DNA of 64,000 nucleotides from Chiloscyllium plagiosum (lineage: Eukaryota), in the NCBI RefSeq assembly GCF_004010195.1, contig NC_057720.1, positions 31,848,831-31,912,830 of the forward strand, given 5' to 3'. The position numbers were made by a program, and so were the translations under genes. Position 1 is the stretch's first letter; every line of letters begins with the position of its first letter. The notes under the pieces are model-generated. The model had not been told where the DNA came from, made no database searches, and worked only from the letters and a program-made list of their open reading frames with translations. Below, piece after piece: positions 48,285-59,961 of this stretch.

Positions 48285-49445
48285 AAAAAACTCAAAGGAT
48301 TGCAGCTGCTGAAAATCAGAAACTGCTGGAAAAATGCAGCACCTCTGGCAGCATGTGTAGAGAAAAATCAGAGTTAATGTTTCGGGTCCAATGACACTTT
48401 TTCAAAACTGATTGTAATTAGGAAAGGTTGGCATATGTGCTAGAGAAATGGGGAGGAGGAGAGAGAGAGAGCGAGCGAGACAAAAGTTGTCAGGCAGGCA
48501 AAGGAATGAGTAAAGGTCAGCCTTGGGATCAAAAGTTAAGGGGTAAAAGCAGGAAATTTGGGTTGGAAAACCTATCAGCCATGATTGAATGGTGGAGCAC
48601 ACTTGATGAGCCAAATGGCCTGATTTTCTGCTCCTATGTCTTATAGTCTTATGAATAGCTACTAATGGGGCCCATTAGTGGCTGACAGTGGTTGTTAGTA
48701 GGAGCAGCCTATGTGATGACAATTCTTGGTATGTGGGGGTTAGGATAAGGACATGGGGGAAGGTGCTTAGGCCCGAAACTGATTGAACACAATATTGAGT
48801 CCTGCAGGTTGCAAAGTTCTCAAGCAGAAAATGAGGTGCTGTTCTTTCAGCTTGCACTGAGCTTCACTGGAGCACTGTAGCAAGCCTGAGATAGAAATTT
48901 TGACCAGGCAACAGGATGGTGTGTTGAAATGGCAGGCACCAGAAGCTCAGGGTCATTTTTACCGATAGAATATAGGTGTTCTGCAAAGCGGTCACCCAGT
49001 CTGCACTTCATCTCCCCAATGTAGAGGAGCCCACACTGTGAGCCGCAAACGTAGTAGTCTAGGTGAGTGAAGTGCAGGTGTTTCAACAGGAAGGTGTGTT
49101 TGGGGCTTTGGATAGTGAGGAGGAGGAAGTAAACAGGCAGATATAGCACCTTCTGTGATTGCATGGGAAGATGCCATGGAGGTGTGAGGACATGTTGGGA
49201 GTGAAAGAAGAATGGACCAGGATATCCCGGATGAAATGGCAAAGGAATGAGTAAAGGTCAGCCTTGGGATCAAAAGTTAAGGGGTAAAAGCAGGAAATTT
49301 GGGTTGGAAAACCTATCAGCCATGATTGAATGGTGGAGCACACTTGATGAGCCAAATGGCAGAAGACGGACAAGGGAGGGAACGGGAATGTGTGTCTGGT
49401 AGTGGCATTCTGCTGGAGTTGACAGAAATGGTAGCTAATAATCCT
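48285..49445 (-). mobile_element. Penelope-like element 3' part with an inserted CR1 tail (~48535-48652) and a templated duplication
   Basis: ORFs 48847-49242 (CSQCGLLYIGEMKCRLGDRFAEHL) and 49083-49373 (HGIFPCNHRRCYIC). The pLTR has a hammerhead remnant at 48370-48410. Confidence 0.9.
49238..49360 (+). repeat. Identical 123-bp copy of 48497-48619
   Basis: ggcaaaggaatgagtaaaggtcagcc...cacttgatgagccaaatggc is present at both places with no mismatch seen. Confidence 0.95.
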
Positions 49446-49689
49446 TCAGATCAATTCATGCTCTCTTATTTTGGGCTTTTATTCAGAGTTGCCAATGACT
49501 TCCAGAGCCTGCTCGCACCACAATGCATCAACTCTTTACAAGGTGTCGGCTAGCTTTGTGATATTGGCTCCTGGTAATGTGTCCCATCAATAAACAACAT
49601 GGTTCTTACTATTAGACACTGAAATCATTGAAATGAGTTGATGTTGTGAGAGTTATATTCAAAGACTCTGTTTCTACCATCTTTTCAGA

Positions 49690-50405
49690 AACAAAATACT
49701 AAAGACTCATGACCCTTGAGAGAAAACAAAACTTGCCGACCTCTGTTTTAAATGGGTGACTCCTTACCTTTTAAAGTAGTATTTGGCTTCTCCCATAAGA
49801 GGAAACATCATCTCTACATCTACCCTGTCAAGATCCCTCAGGATCTTTTATGTTTTATTCAAGTTGCCTTTTACTTTGTTTAAGACTCCAGCTTGTCCAA
49901 CCTTGCCTGTAAAGATAATCTGCCATTTCAGGTATCAGTCTCATAAATGTTCACTAAAGTGCTTCCTTTGCATTTTTTATATCCTTCCTTAAATTAAGTG
50001 ACCAAAACTACATACAAATATTCCAGATATGTTCTCATAGTGCCCTGTATAATTGAAAGTTGACCTCATTACTTTAGTGTTAAATTCCCCTCACAATAAA
50101 TAATAACATTTTGTTCATTTTCCTAATTATTTGTACTTGTAAAGTTGCCTCTTGTAATTCAAGTACTAGTACACCAAGACTCCTCGGTGAATCAGAGCTC
50201 TTCAGTTTCTTGCCATTTTGACAATATGCTTTTGGTTGTTTTTTCCTTTCTGCCAAAATAGTCAATTTCATATTTCTTACATAATACTGCATTTTCCAGA
50301 TCTTTGTCTGCTCACTTAACCTAGCTATATTCTTGTAGCCTTCTTGTGCCCTCTTCACAACTTACATTTCTACCTACCTTTATGTATTAAACAAATTTAG
50401 CAACC
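49690..50405 (-). mobile_element. Old CR1 LINE fragment
   Basis: ORF 50080-50358 RLSE..KIWKMQY...LGVLV; catctaccctgtcaagatccctcaggatc. Confidence 0.75.
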
Positions 50406-50711
50406 ATTTTGGAAGTTCTGTCTGCCCTGTCAGATTTAAAATAGCCCATGGCACTAGTTGAAAAACAGTGTAGTTTGCTTTTGTGGTTTGACATTTTACA
50501 GTAAGAAATGAAAACATCTCAGTATAAATATCATTTATAGTGTGATAAAAGTTGTGAGAACATCATGCCTGAAACCACAATTCCTACTCAACAGTCTTAT
50601 AAGAAATGTATAGATCATGTTGAATAAATATGATCATCAAATTGAACAAATATTTTTAAAATTGGTAACCTCAAATTAATAGGCACTAAATGAAGTATAA
50701 ATAGAGACCTT

Positions 50712-50830
50712 ACGGTGGATAGTGGATAGTGTCCCTGACTCTGAGCCAGAAGCTCTGGTTTTGGTCCCACTCCAGAACTTAATGTCGAAGGAAAGAATAT
50801 TCAGAATATGACCATAAAGATTGTCGACCT
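50712..50830 (+). mobile_element. Short tRNA-derived SINE-like repeat
   Basis: agtggatagtgtccctgactctgagccagaagctctggttttggtcccactccaga. Confidence 0.55.
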
Positions 50831-51879
50831 GTAAGTCCCTCTACTATGCCTATGACAGAAGATAAGAACAGGACAATTTCCTGCTCTTCCATGCTTGACG
50901 CAGAGCAATGCCCCCCATGGTCTTGCCTTTGACAGGCTAGTGACCATTTCCAGGAAAAGCTAGCAACTAGCACATGTTTTGCTAGTGAGTTTTGAGATGT
51001 TTTGTATGCCTTATGTATCACTGGCTGTACAAAAGCTACAAATGCATTATGAAACATTTGACCAGCTTTTTCTGCCATTACTACAAAAACTAACATTTTG
51101 GTGATATAAATTAACATTAACATTATGGTGCTTGATTTTATCTCTGGCACTTAATGGTACTCAAATAGTACTCGACTCCAGATATTTTGTGGAATTAGTT
51201 TTAGATTGGTAGAACTGGTGCAATATTATAATTGTCTATACAAATAGTTCTTTCTGGAGCATTTCAATGCTCTTTATAAAAATATGCAACTGGGTAATCA
51301 TGTAAAGGGCGGTAACAGGTTTGTCATTGAATATTATTCACATTCAGTAGTAGAAACATTCAGCATATTATTTTTTGGAAATTTAGTTGAAGACGCTAGT
51401 GAACTTTATCACATTCTGAGGGGATGCACTGGTAAAAAGATTGAGAACTCAGAACTTTAACTCATATCCACTATTGACTGTATTGTCCACAATGTCTGTC
51501 TTGTCTCAACAGAAATTGTGCTCTTTACTGCTGGGAAGATAAAAATTATAATGTAATGCAGTGAGACAACACTTGTCTTATTCTGAGAACTCACCATGGA
51601 AACCAGGGTTGCAGCCAACATTAAAAAAAAGTCTCAAGTATGGAGCATCTGGTGATCTGGCACCACTGAATTCTGACAATGTCAAGGCAATTTACTTGTT
51701 CAGGAAAGAAAAATGATTAGACACTCAATTCCTTTTTTAAAAAATGTTTTCAAAGGCTATCCTTTCTTCATTTAACATTTAGTGAGGCAAAAACACTGCA
51801 TTCTGTCATTATTTCAGTTAATGACAGCCTGAGATGTAATGAGTCACTCCGAGATTATTTTCTTTTAGTTTGCAAACAA

Positions 51880-51972
51880 CATGTTTAGAAATGTTATTAC
51901 ATTCCTCTGGAGCAGGTGGATTTGCAACCCAGCCTCCTGGCTCAGACATAAGGACATTACCACTGCACCATG
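51880..51972 (-). mobile_element. Short tRNA-derived SINE-like repeat
   Basis: Reverse complement reads tggtgcagtggtaatgtccttatgtctgagccaggaggctgggttgcaaatccacctgctccagagg. Confidence 0.65.
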
Positions 51973-52142
51973 AGAACTCAAAGATATTATTTTCTTATTA
52001 TTCTAGGGATATGGGCAATATATAGTGGTGCATCATCGCCAATTGTCTGTGAAAAGATGGTTGTTATCTTTTGCAGTTAATGCAGTTCATGTGCTGAGCA
52101 TACTCCCATGGTGTTTGCCATGATCAGGAATTATTTGTTTAA

Positions 52143-52727
52143 GTCAGAGTATTGAGTACAGAAGTTGGGAGGTCATGTTGTGGCTGTACAGTACATTGGT
52201 TAGATCACTTTTGGAATATTGTGTACAATTCTGGTCTCCTTCCTATCAGAAGGATGTTGTGAAACTTGAAAGGGTTCAGAAAAGATTTACAAGGATGTTG
52301 CCAGGGTTGGAGGATTTGAGCTATAGGGAGAGGTTGAATAGGCTAGGGCTGTTTTCCCTGGAGCTTATAAAATCACGAAGGGCATGGATCGGGTAAATAG
52401 ACAAAGTCTTTTCCCTGGGGTTGGGGAGTCCAGAACTAGAGGGCATAGGTTTAGGGTGAGAGGAGAAAGATATAAAAGGAACTAAGGGGCAAGTTTTTCA
52501 AGCAGGGGGTGCTACATGTGTGGAATGATCTGCTAGAGGAAGTGGTGGAGGTTGGTACAATTGCAACATTTAAAAGGCATCTAGATAGGTATATGAATAG
52601 GAAGGGTTTGGAGGGACATGGACCGGGTGCTGGCAGGTGGGACTAGATTGGCTTGGGATTTCTGGTCGGCATGGACGAGTTGGATCAAAGGGTCTGTTTC
52701 CGTGCTGTACATCTCTATGACTCTATG
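52143..52727 (+). mobile_element. Young HER1/CR1 LINE 3' end
   Basis: ORF 52175-52396 LLEYCVQFWSPSYQKDVVKLERVQKRFTRMLPGL; tail catctctatgactctatg. Confidence 0.95.
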
Positions 52728-53089
52728 GATGCTTCATGGATGTGAGGGGAGCTTGTTTGGGGTGGGGGGGGGGGAAGGTGGGGGCTTCATAACAGTCACT
52801 TGTACATGCTAATCTCATTCTTCTGTGTGGTTATGGCTGTGGGATATTGCTGAAGGAGATGTGCAAGTGATTGCAATGCATCCTGTAGATGGTACACATT
52901 GCACCTGTAATAAACGTAAAAGGTAAAGTGACCATTGTCCTACCAGATCATGAAGCTGCTTTCTGTCATTAGAGAGAGATGACTGGAGGTGGTTTAACTT
53001 AAGACTCACCACACCAAAGGCAAGGGGAGAGGTTCAGAAGGAGACCCTTTCATGATAATCTCAGCCAGTGCAGGAATTGAACTCACTCT

Positions 53090-53290
53090 GATTAGATTAG
53101 ATTAGATTCCCTACAGTGTGGAAACAGGCCTTTGTCCCAACAAGTCCACAGCGACCCTCCGAAGAGTAACCCACCCTGTCCCATTTCCCTCTGTCTAATG
53201 CACCTAACACTATGGGCAATTTAGCATGGCCAATTCACCTGACCTGCACATCTTTGGACTGTGGGAGGAAACCGGAGCACCCGGAGGAAA
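53090..53290 (-). mobile_element. 5'-truncated HE1-type SINE with (TCTAA)n tail
   Basis: gattagattagattagattccctacagtgtggaaacaggcc...ggaggaaaccggagcacccggaggaaa. Confidence 0.88.
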
Positions 53291-53819
53291 CTTCTATTGG
53301 CATTATTTTACATCACAAACCAACTGACCCCAGGGTCAAGCTGCAGCACATGATGATAGGTAGGGAGGATGTTTAAGCTCGACGATGAAGTAATGAGCTG
53401 GCAACTGCTTTATCCTGAATCATGTTGAGTTTCTTGAATATTGTTACAGCTGCTCCCGACCAAGCAAGTGGAAAATATTTCATCGTACATCACACTTGTG
53501 CCTTGTGGGTGGCAGTGAGGTGTTTGATTTTGTTTCAGTCTATGAGGTGAGAGCCTCCCGACAGCTTGCAGTGGAATATTACAGCCCACTGTCAGTGTAA
53601 ATAAAAGGTCCAGGCTTGATTCTATGTTCTATGATACCCAGTTTGTGCTGAATTCTCTGATATCCCCTTACTTTACAATTGCCTTCAATGCCCAAGGGTC
53701 TAGGGGGCAAAATCAAAACAGCTGATGAAAAATCACAGGAACATGACCATAAAGTGACATCGGGGAACAGCAGGGGAAAGTTCAATGAGATCGTCAACTA
53801 TGAATCTAAGAAGGACAAA

Positions 53820-54520
53820 TCAGAGTATGTTCTAAATGGTGAGAAGCTCAGAGTTGGGTAGGAGCAAATTGGCCAGGGTACCCTTGTACACATAACCTCA
53901 GCACCTTATGAACGGTACAAGCATTAATTGAAATGTCCAATGGAGTGCTGCCAATTAGCTCAAGGGAGTTATATTTTAAAAGTGAGGAAGCGATGCTCTG
54001 CTTGCACATAAGCTGAGTCAGCCTTACACTGTTCAGGTGTGTACTGAACCTCAGGGAAGGTATTTTACCCCAGGAAGAGAAACATTGAAGATTCTCCGCA
54101 ATTATATTTGGGCTTTAAAGGGTTAAGCGATGAGGCCAGGCTGCATACATTTGGCTGGTATTTATTTGAATTTAAGAGATGATCTACTTGAGGGTTTTAA
54201 AATGATGAAAAAGGTTTGATAGAGTGAACAGATAATTTGTTTCCAATGGTAGGGGAATCTGGAACAAACTGGCATACTCTTAAAATCAAGGCTAGGCTGT
54301 ATAGGCATAAAATCCGAGGGCATTTTTCACCTGGTCAGTGTGTCATTCTGGAACTTGCTACCCTGAAAGACAGTGGTTGCTGAGCATATTTAAATGTTCA
54401 AGACTGAGATCAATATCAAGAAATATGTAACAAAGGGAGGTAAGTTGAGGTACAGATCAGTGAAGGCTTAATAGGTAGAAGTGCAGTTTTGAGAAGCTAA
54501 ATGGCCTACTTTTCCCCTGC
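53820..54520 (+). mobile_element. Heavily decayed CR1 LINE 3' part
   Basis: ctaaatggtgagaagct..., ggcatactcttaaaatcaaggctagg, and a 3' UTR ending aatggcctact. Confidence 0.55.
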
Positions 54521-55128
54521 TGGAAAATGTATGTGTGAACACTATTTGGGAAGATTCAGATTGGCTGTTTTGACCAAGTTTAGGAATTTTGTGGTACTTT
54601 CTTGCTCAAACACTGATAAGATTTGGTGGGATTGGGCAGCGGTAAACATCGGTCCCTCTAGTGATTTGATTTGCCTCTTGCCTCAAGTATCATGCACTTC
54701 TCAAACTTTAAGAAGGCAGATGGAGACAGACTCGTTGAAATTCACCCACAAGAGGCAGAAGCATAGCTAAATACTGATATTTTCTGTAATCTGATTTCTC
54801 CACTTGCAAGTGGAAGAAATAATAAGGTAAATGCCCAGTCCTTTCCATGGACTCACTTCCTTGGGTTTGGTGTAATTTTCTTTCCAGGTAACATCTTGTC
54901 ATAAAAACTGATCTACATTTTTGGTTTCCAAAACCAAACTAAAGTCTGTATCTCACAATTCTTTGTTGAAAACCTAATGTTGCTTGAACAAGGGATTTGT
55001 CCCATGTTCATTCTAATTCCAGGAAGTAGAGAATCAGTATTTTTGACACCTTCACATATAGTGACTTGCCAGTATGTCTGTGAACTACTGCCATCAGTAA
55101 AACAGATATCCTGGCAGAAGTATACTCC

Positions 55129-55304
55129 TTAAAAATGTGTTGCTGGAAAAGCGCAGGTCGGGCAGCATTAAAGGAACAGGAGAATTGACGTTTCGGGCAT
55201 AAGCCCTTCTTCAGGAATGAGGAGGGTGTGCGTGTGCCAAGCAGGCTAAGATAAAAGGTAGGGAGGAGGGATTTGGGAGAGGGGCGTTGGGAATACGATA
55301 GGTG
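55129..55304 (-). mobile_element. Solo PLE pLTR with intact hammerhead core
   Basis: Minus strand 55185-55219 reads cattc CTGAAGA AGGGC TTAT GCCC GAAA CGTC; flanks gtatactcc/gtacactcc. Confidence 0.88.
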
Positions 55305-55559
55305 GTACACTCCCTCAAGATATTTAATGTTTCTTGGATTTGTCAATAGAGCGTACCGATGAACAGCTATGATGTTATTGATTGATAGAGTAGGCTTCAA
55401 GAAATCTATGTCCTAGTCCTGGTCATATTTCCTATGTTCTTTTGCTGTCCCCTCTTCTATGGGATATTTGTTGACCACCAGCTAATATATCTGATTAACT
55501 TGGATGATGAACCTCAGAAGAAGCAATAGAGTTTTACTTTATCTGTTTGGAATAGAAGC

Positions 55560-55826
55560 TTAGGATCCCTACAAGTGTGGAAAGAGACCATTTGGCCCAT
55601 CAATTCTGCACAGACCCTCCAATGAGCAGCCAAACCAGACCTGATCTTCTCCCTGTAAACTTCCATTTCCCATGGCCAATCTACCTAATTTGCATATCTT
55701 TGAACTGTGGGAGGAAACCCAAGCAGACATGGAGAGAATGTACAAACTCCACACAGTCACGTGAGGCTTGAATTGAAGTCAGGTCCCTGTGAGGCAGCAG
55801 TGCTAGCTACTGAGCCATCATACTAC
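55560..55826 (-). mobile_element. Older HE1-type SINE
   Basis: gtgggaggaaaccc...caaactccacac...ctgtgaggcagcagtgctagctactgagcca. Confidence 0.8.
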
Positions 55827-57959
55827 CCTCAGTGTCCCTCAAAGTAGCTTGCTTGGCTTCAGTAATACGTCTGTCTGGGTCATGCAAATTGATTTTAAAA
55901 TTATGCCTGAATCATTAAATATACCGCAATATTTTCCAGGAAAAAGTGTCCTAAATATTCTAAATGTCAAATATCCCAAAATATGACAAACTCCACATAG
56001 AGAAGCTAAGTTCATGTACTCAGCAAGAGGGTGCCTGGTGCCTATGGACCTATACCAATCGAAGAGTTAGACTTTTCAAGGGAAGAGAAATTGAGATAGG
56101 AAAATGTTCTTATACTCGAACTGGGATAGTTCTGATTGGGCATTTAATGAGGAGGGATTGATGATCAAAATCTCTTTTCAATCAATAACATGGTGTACTA
56201 GAATGGCAAGATGCTGCTGGTAATACAGATCCTCACATGATAATTTCCAAAGCTCAATTGGCGTATGTCAGGGAGACACTGAGCTGTAGAATATTGCAAC
56301 AACAAACTATGGAAAATCTCTTTTTGAGCTGCTGTTGCCTGGGCAACTGATCATTTGGCTATCCTGTACAATTACAAATAGTATGGGTAATGGAAATATG
56401 AGGAGGCAACATACCTAAAGTGTAATTTACTAAATGTGCATGCATTCACTCAACAGGTCTATAACTTGCTTTGTCTTTTTAATAATGTGTGGGGAAGGCA
56501 GTTAAAGTATAGGTTTACACATTCCTGAGGGCACATGTTTAAATAGGTTCTTACATTCTTGTGGTTTATTGTCAGTGAACACTGAATTTTCTAATTACAT
56601 TTACACAATTTTGGTTTTGTGGACACCTGCCAGTGTCTGTTGCTGCTTGAGGCTATTTCTGTCTGACATTCACAATAGACCTAAGACTGTCTGTCTCCTC
56701 CCTTTCACAGAAATTTTAAAAAACACCACAAAAGCATGATCTTTCAAGTATATACTATGAAGTTTAAATACAATAAATACACAAGGATTTTGACATTTGC
56801 TACAATTTATGGGTGGAAAAAAATTAGAAAATTCTCACTATAATTTAAAAGACCGCGTTCCCAAAATGAAACAAACAGTCCAAATGCATTTAATTAGATA
56901 TTAATTGAGTGATTCAATCAAACTTGAAATAATATTTGTTCTACAAATGAATTTCAATTCTTATAAACTTAAATGCAGCAAAATTGTGGATAGAGCAGAA
57001 AAAGTGTTTGTATTTTGGGTAATTCAGTATACTGGAGCTCTCTCTTTGTACTTGGGATTTATGTGCAACTCCAGCTCAGACAAATTGGATGAAAATCTTC
57101 TAGGTCTGATGATGATAACTGGTGAATATTGTTAGAACATCTGCCTTTTGCCTCTTTGACCATCACACAAATTTATTTCAGTTGCTGAGATATGGTCTCC
57201 TACATCTTAGGCATTATATAAAGGTATACACTACTGTGTCAATGAAAATTGAGTAAACTCAAAGTATCGAAATAATCAAGAACAAGGGAATAGGTTATAT
57301 GGTGAGTTGGGTACCTTTTCCACCTGTGCAAACATTTCACTCTCTCAGCCCCCTCGTCACCCAGCCCCCCTGTTACTCATTTCTGACCAGCTCTCTAAAT
57401 TTTGATTGCAGGACCACATCCCCCTTCCTATCTATCTATCTAACTGACACCAGTGTGGACCATAACCTGTGGCTCTTCTCCCCAGAAGAATGTCTGGTCC
57501 TAGCAGGTTCAGGTGAAGACTGTCCCAGTGGAAACAGCTGCCACTTTCCCAAGTCCTATTATCAGAATTGAAGCTTTTTTTCTCCCACACCAGACTACAA
57601 GCTGCACATTAATTTCTCTTGCTTTAATTATCCTCTGTCATTTTGCTGATGGTTCAGGTTGTGGTCTAGAAATTATCAGCTTTGAATTTCTGCATTATAA
57701 GTTAGCTCATTGCTGCCCACAATCCCTATGCAGAACTTCTATCCTAATTCTCTCTTTGTCATTTGTACCCATATTGACCATGACAACCAGATCATGCCCC
57801 TTCTCACTGCGAGTATCTCTCCACCCCGAGAAGATGTTCAGAACCCTAGTACTGGGCAGACCACATATCCTCCAAACTCATTCTTGGCTGTAGAAAACTG
57901 TGTCTATGCCCAGCCTATGATCTTTCGTACTACATTCCTATTTACTCCATCCACGGCCT

Positions 57960-58446
57960 TTGTTGGTTAGAACATTGAGTATAGGAGTTGCGACGTCATG
58001 TTGCAGCTGTACAGGACATTGGTGAGATCAATTTCAGAATACCATGTACAATTCTGTTTGTCCTTCTCTAGGAGTTCTGCACCCCCTCAAGTTGTTAAAC
58101 TTGAGGGGGTGCGGAAACAATTTACAAGATTGTTTCTGGGGCTGAAGCGTTTGAGTTATGGGAAGAGACCAGATAGGCTGGGGCTTTTTTCCCTGGAGCA
58201 TTGGAGGCTGAGGGGTGACCTTATGGAAGTTTATAAAATCATGAGGGGTATGGAAAGAGTGAATCGCTAAGGTCTATTTCCTAAGATGGGTGAGTCCAAA
58301 ACTAGAGGGCATATGTTTAAGATGAGAGGGGAAGCATTTAAAAAGGACTGGTGGTGTAGTTTTTTTCAAATAGAGGGTGGTACATGTATGGAATGAGCTG
58401 CCAGAGCAAGTGGTGGAGGCTAGTACAATTACAACATTTAAAAGGC
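57960..58446 (+). mobile_element. HER1/CR1 LINE fragment
   Basis: ORF 57998-58270 MLQLYRTLVR..EY.VQF...LGLFSLE..RLRGDL.EVYKIM. Confidence 0.9.
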
Positions 58447-58574
58447 CTCTATGGTTTCCTGATGATGGTACCGTGGACTGTTTGCTAATCAACCTTCCAA
58501 ACCCCATTAATATCTATAGAATGACAAAAAGTTATGGGAATTCTTAAAGGATATTCAGAAGAATGCAGATGCAG

Positions 58575-58676
58575 GAATTCTGAGGAAGGGTCACTTGACC
58601 TGAAACATTAACTCTGATTTCTCTCCACAGATACTGCCAGACCTGCTGAGCTTTTCCAGCAATTCTCATTTTTGTG
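58575..58676 (+). mobile_element. Solo PLE pLTR with hammerhead core on the host sense strand
   Basis: aatt CTGAGGA A GGGTC-ACTT-GACCT GAAA CA TT aact; flanked by agatgca direct repeats. Confidence 0.8.
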
Positions 58677-59906
58677 AAAGATGCAAGCAAGTTGATTCTA
58701 AAAATTGCTAAGTTGGTTTCAAGAGGCAATCTAAATGATCAGTTTATAATTTGCTGCTCAATAGTGTTATTATGTCACTATTATTGTACCCTAAACAAAT
58801 GAGCCCTAACCCATTAATTAACATAACACACTTGAAATCCATTTGAAAATTAAAATCTACTAAAGGACGTACACCTTAATTAATAATATACCTCAATTCC
58901 CAAGTATAAATTTTCAGTTGAATAGCATTTTAACACTGCTAAGGTCCAAGACCAGACCACCCAGAATTATGTTACAGTCTGGCTAGGGACCAAAGATTGA
59001 GATGCCAGATACTTACGAACAAAACAGAGGCACAAAATAAACACCACACTTCACTAAACTAAATTAGAACAGCAACGGAATGTAAAATATATTTACAAAT
59101 GAAATTCTAATGCCGGAATGAACCTAAAGGTACGGAAAACAGATAAACTGTGGTTGAACATTTCACCAAGCATATCAACTGGCAAATACAGTCAAGACTG
59201 ATTCTATGAATTTCACAGCAACCACCCTCCCCCATTGCGCACAGCAATACCAACACCCTGGGCCATAAGTAATTATACCTTATAAGCAATTCCAATTCTT
59301 CTCTTTCAGAGACCATTATTTGGAATCTCTCCAAAAACCAGTCTGTTATGGTCTGTCTCAGTGATTGTTCACATTTTTTTAGTTCACCCTCATTTCCTGG
59401 GACTCCACTTTCCTGTATCCTGCATATTCATTCCAGCACACTTCACTGCCAACTCCAGCTTTTTTGTTGACAGCTAGCTCCAACAAGCTGGTATTCACCC
59501 TGGATTCATCCCACCTCTAATGCTTCTTGAACAACTGCTGCTTGTCTTGTGGGCTTGTTTCATCTCATTCTCTGCTTCACTGACCAATGAGTTGCTCGTA
59601 GGCTTCATCCAAGTCTCCAACCCCTATCACCTGCACCCAAGGGCTTCTCTTGAATTCTAACTCCAACACTTAGTTGCATCTACTGATTCTCGGGACTTTT
59701 CCTGAGTCCTAACTGTACCAATTAACTACACCTAACAGCTCCTAGGGCTTCTTGTCCTGTGTCCTAATTACATGGAACTATCAAAAGGCTCTTAGGGCAT
59801 CTTCCTGAGCTCCAAGTACACATAACCAATGGTCTTCAGTCATCTTTTCAGCAGCACAGCCACCAGTGCACCTCCTGCATGGTGACTGCTTCTCATTTCC
59901 CCCCAT

Positions 59907-59926
59907 CTCTCTCTCTCTCTCTCTCT
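59907..59926. repeat. (TC)n microsatellite
   Basis: About 10 TC units. Confidence 0.9.
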
Positions 59927-59961
59927 TACATTCTCTTTCTGTCAAACAGACTAACTCCAAA

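Noticed and set aside
50779..51150. 123-aa minus-strand ORF, and similar ones such as 60746-61189 and 57513-57893
   Set aside because: No recognisable domain, non-ATG starts or low-complexity composition; consistent with chance ORFs.
58955..58963. Perfect GLI site GACCACCCA, tempting because PTCH2 may be nearby
   Set aside because: One 9-mer in 64 kb is within chance expectation and has no supporting cluster.
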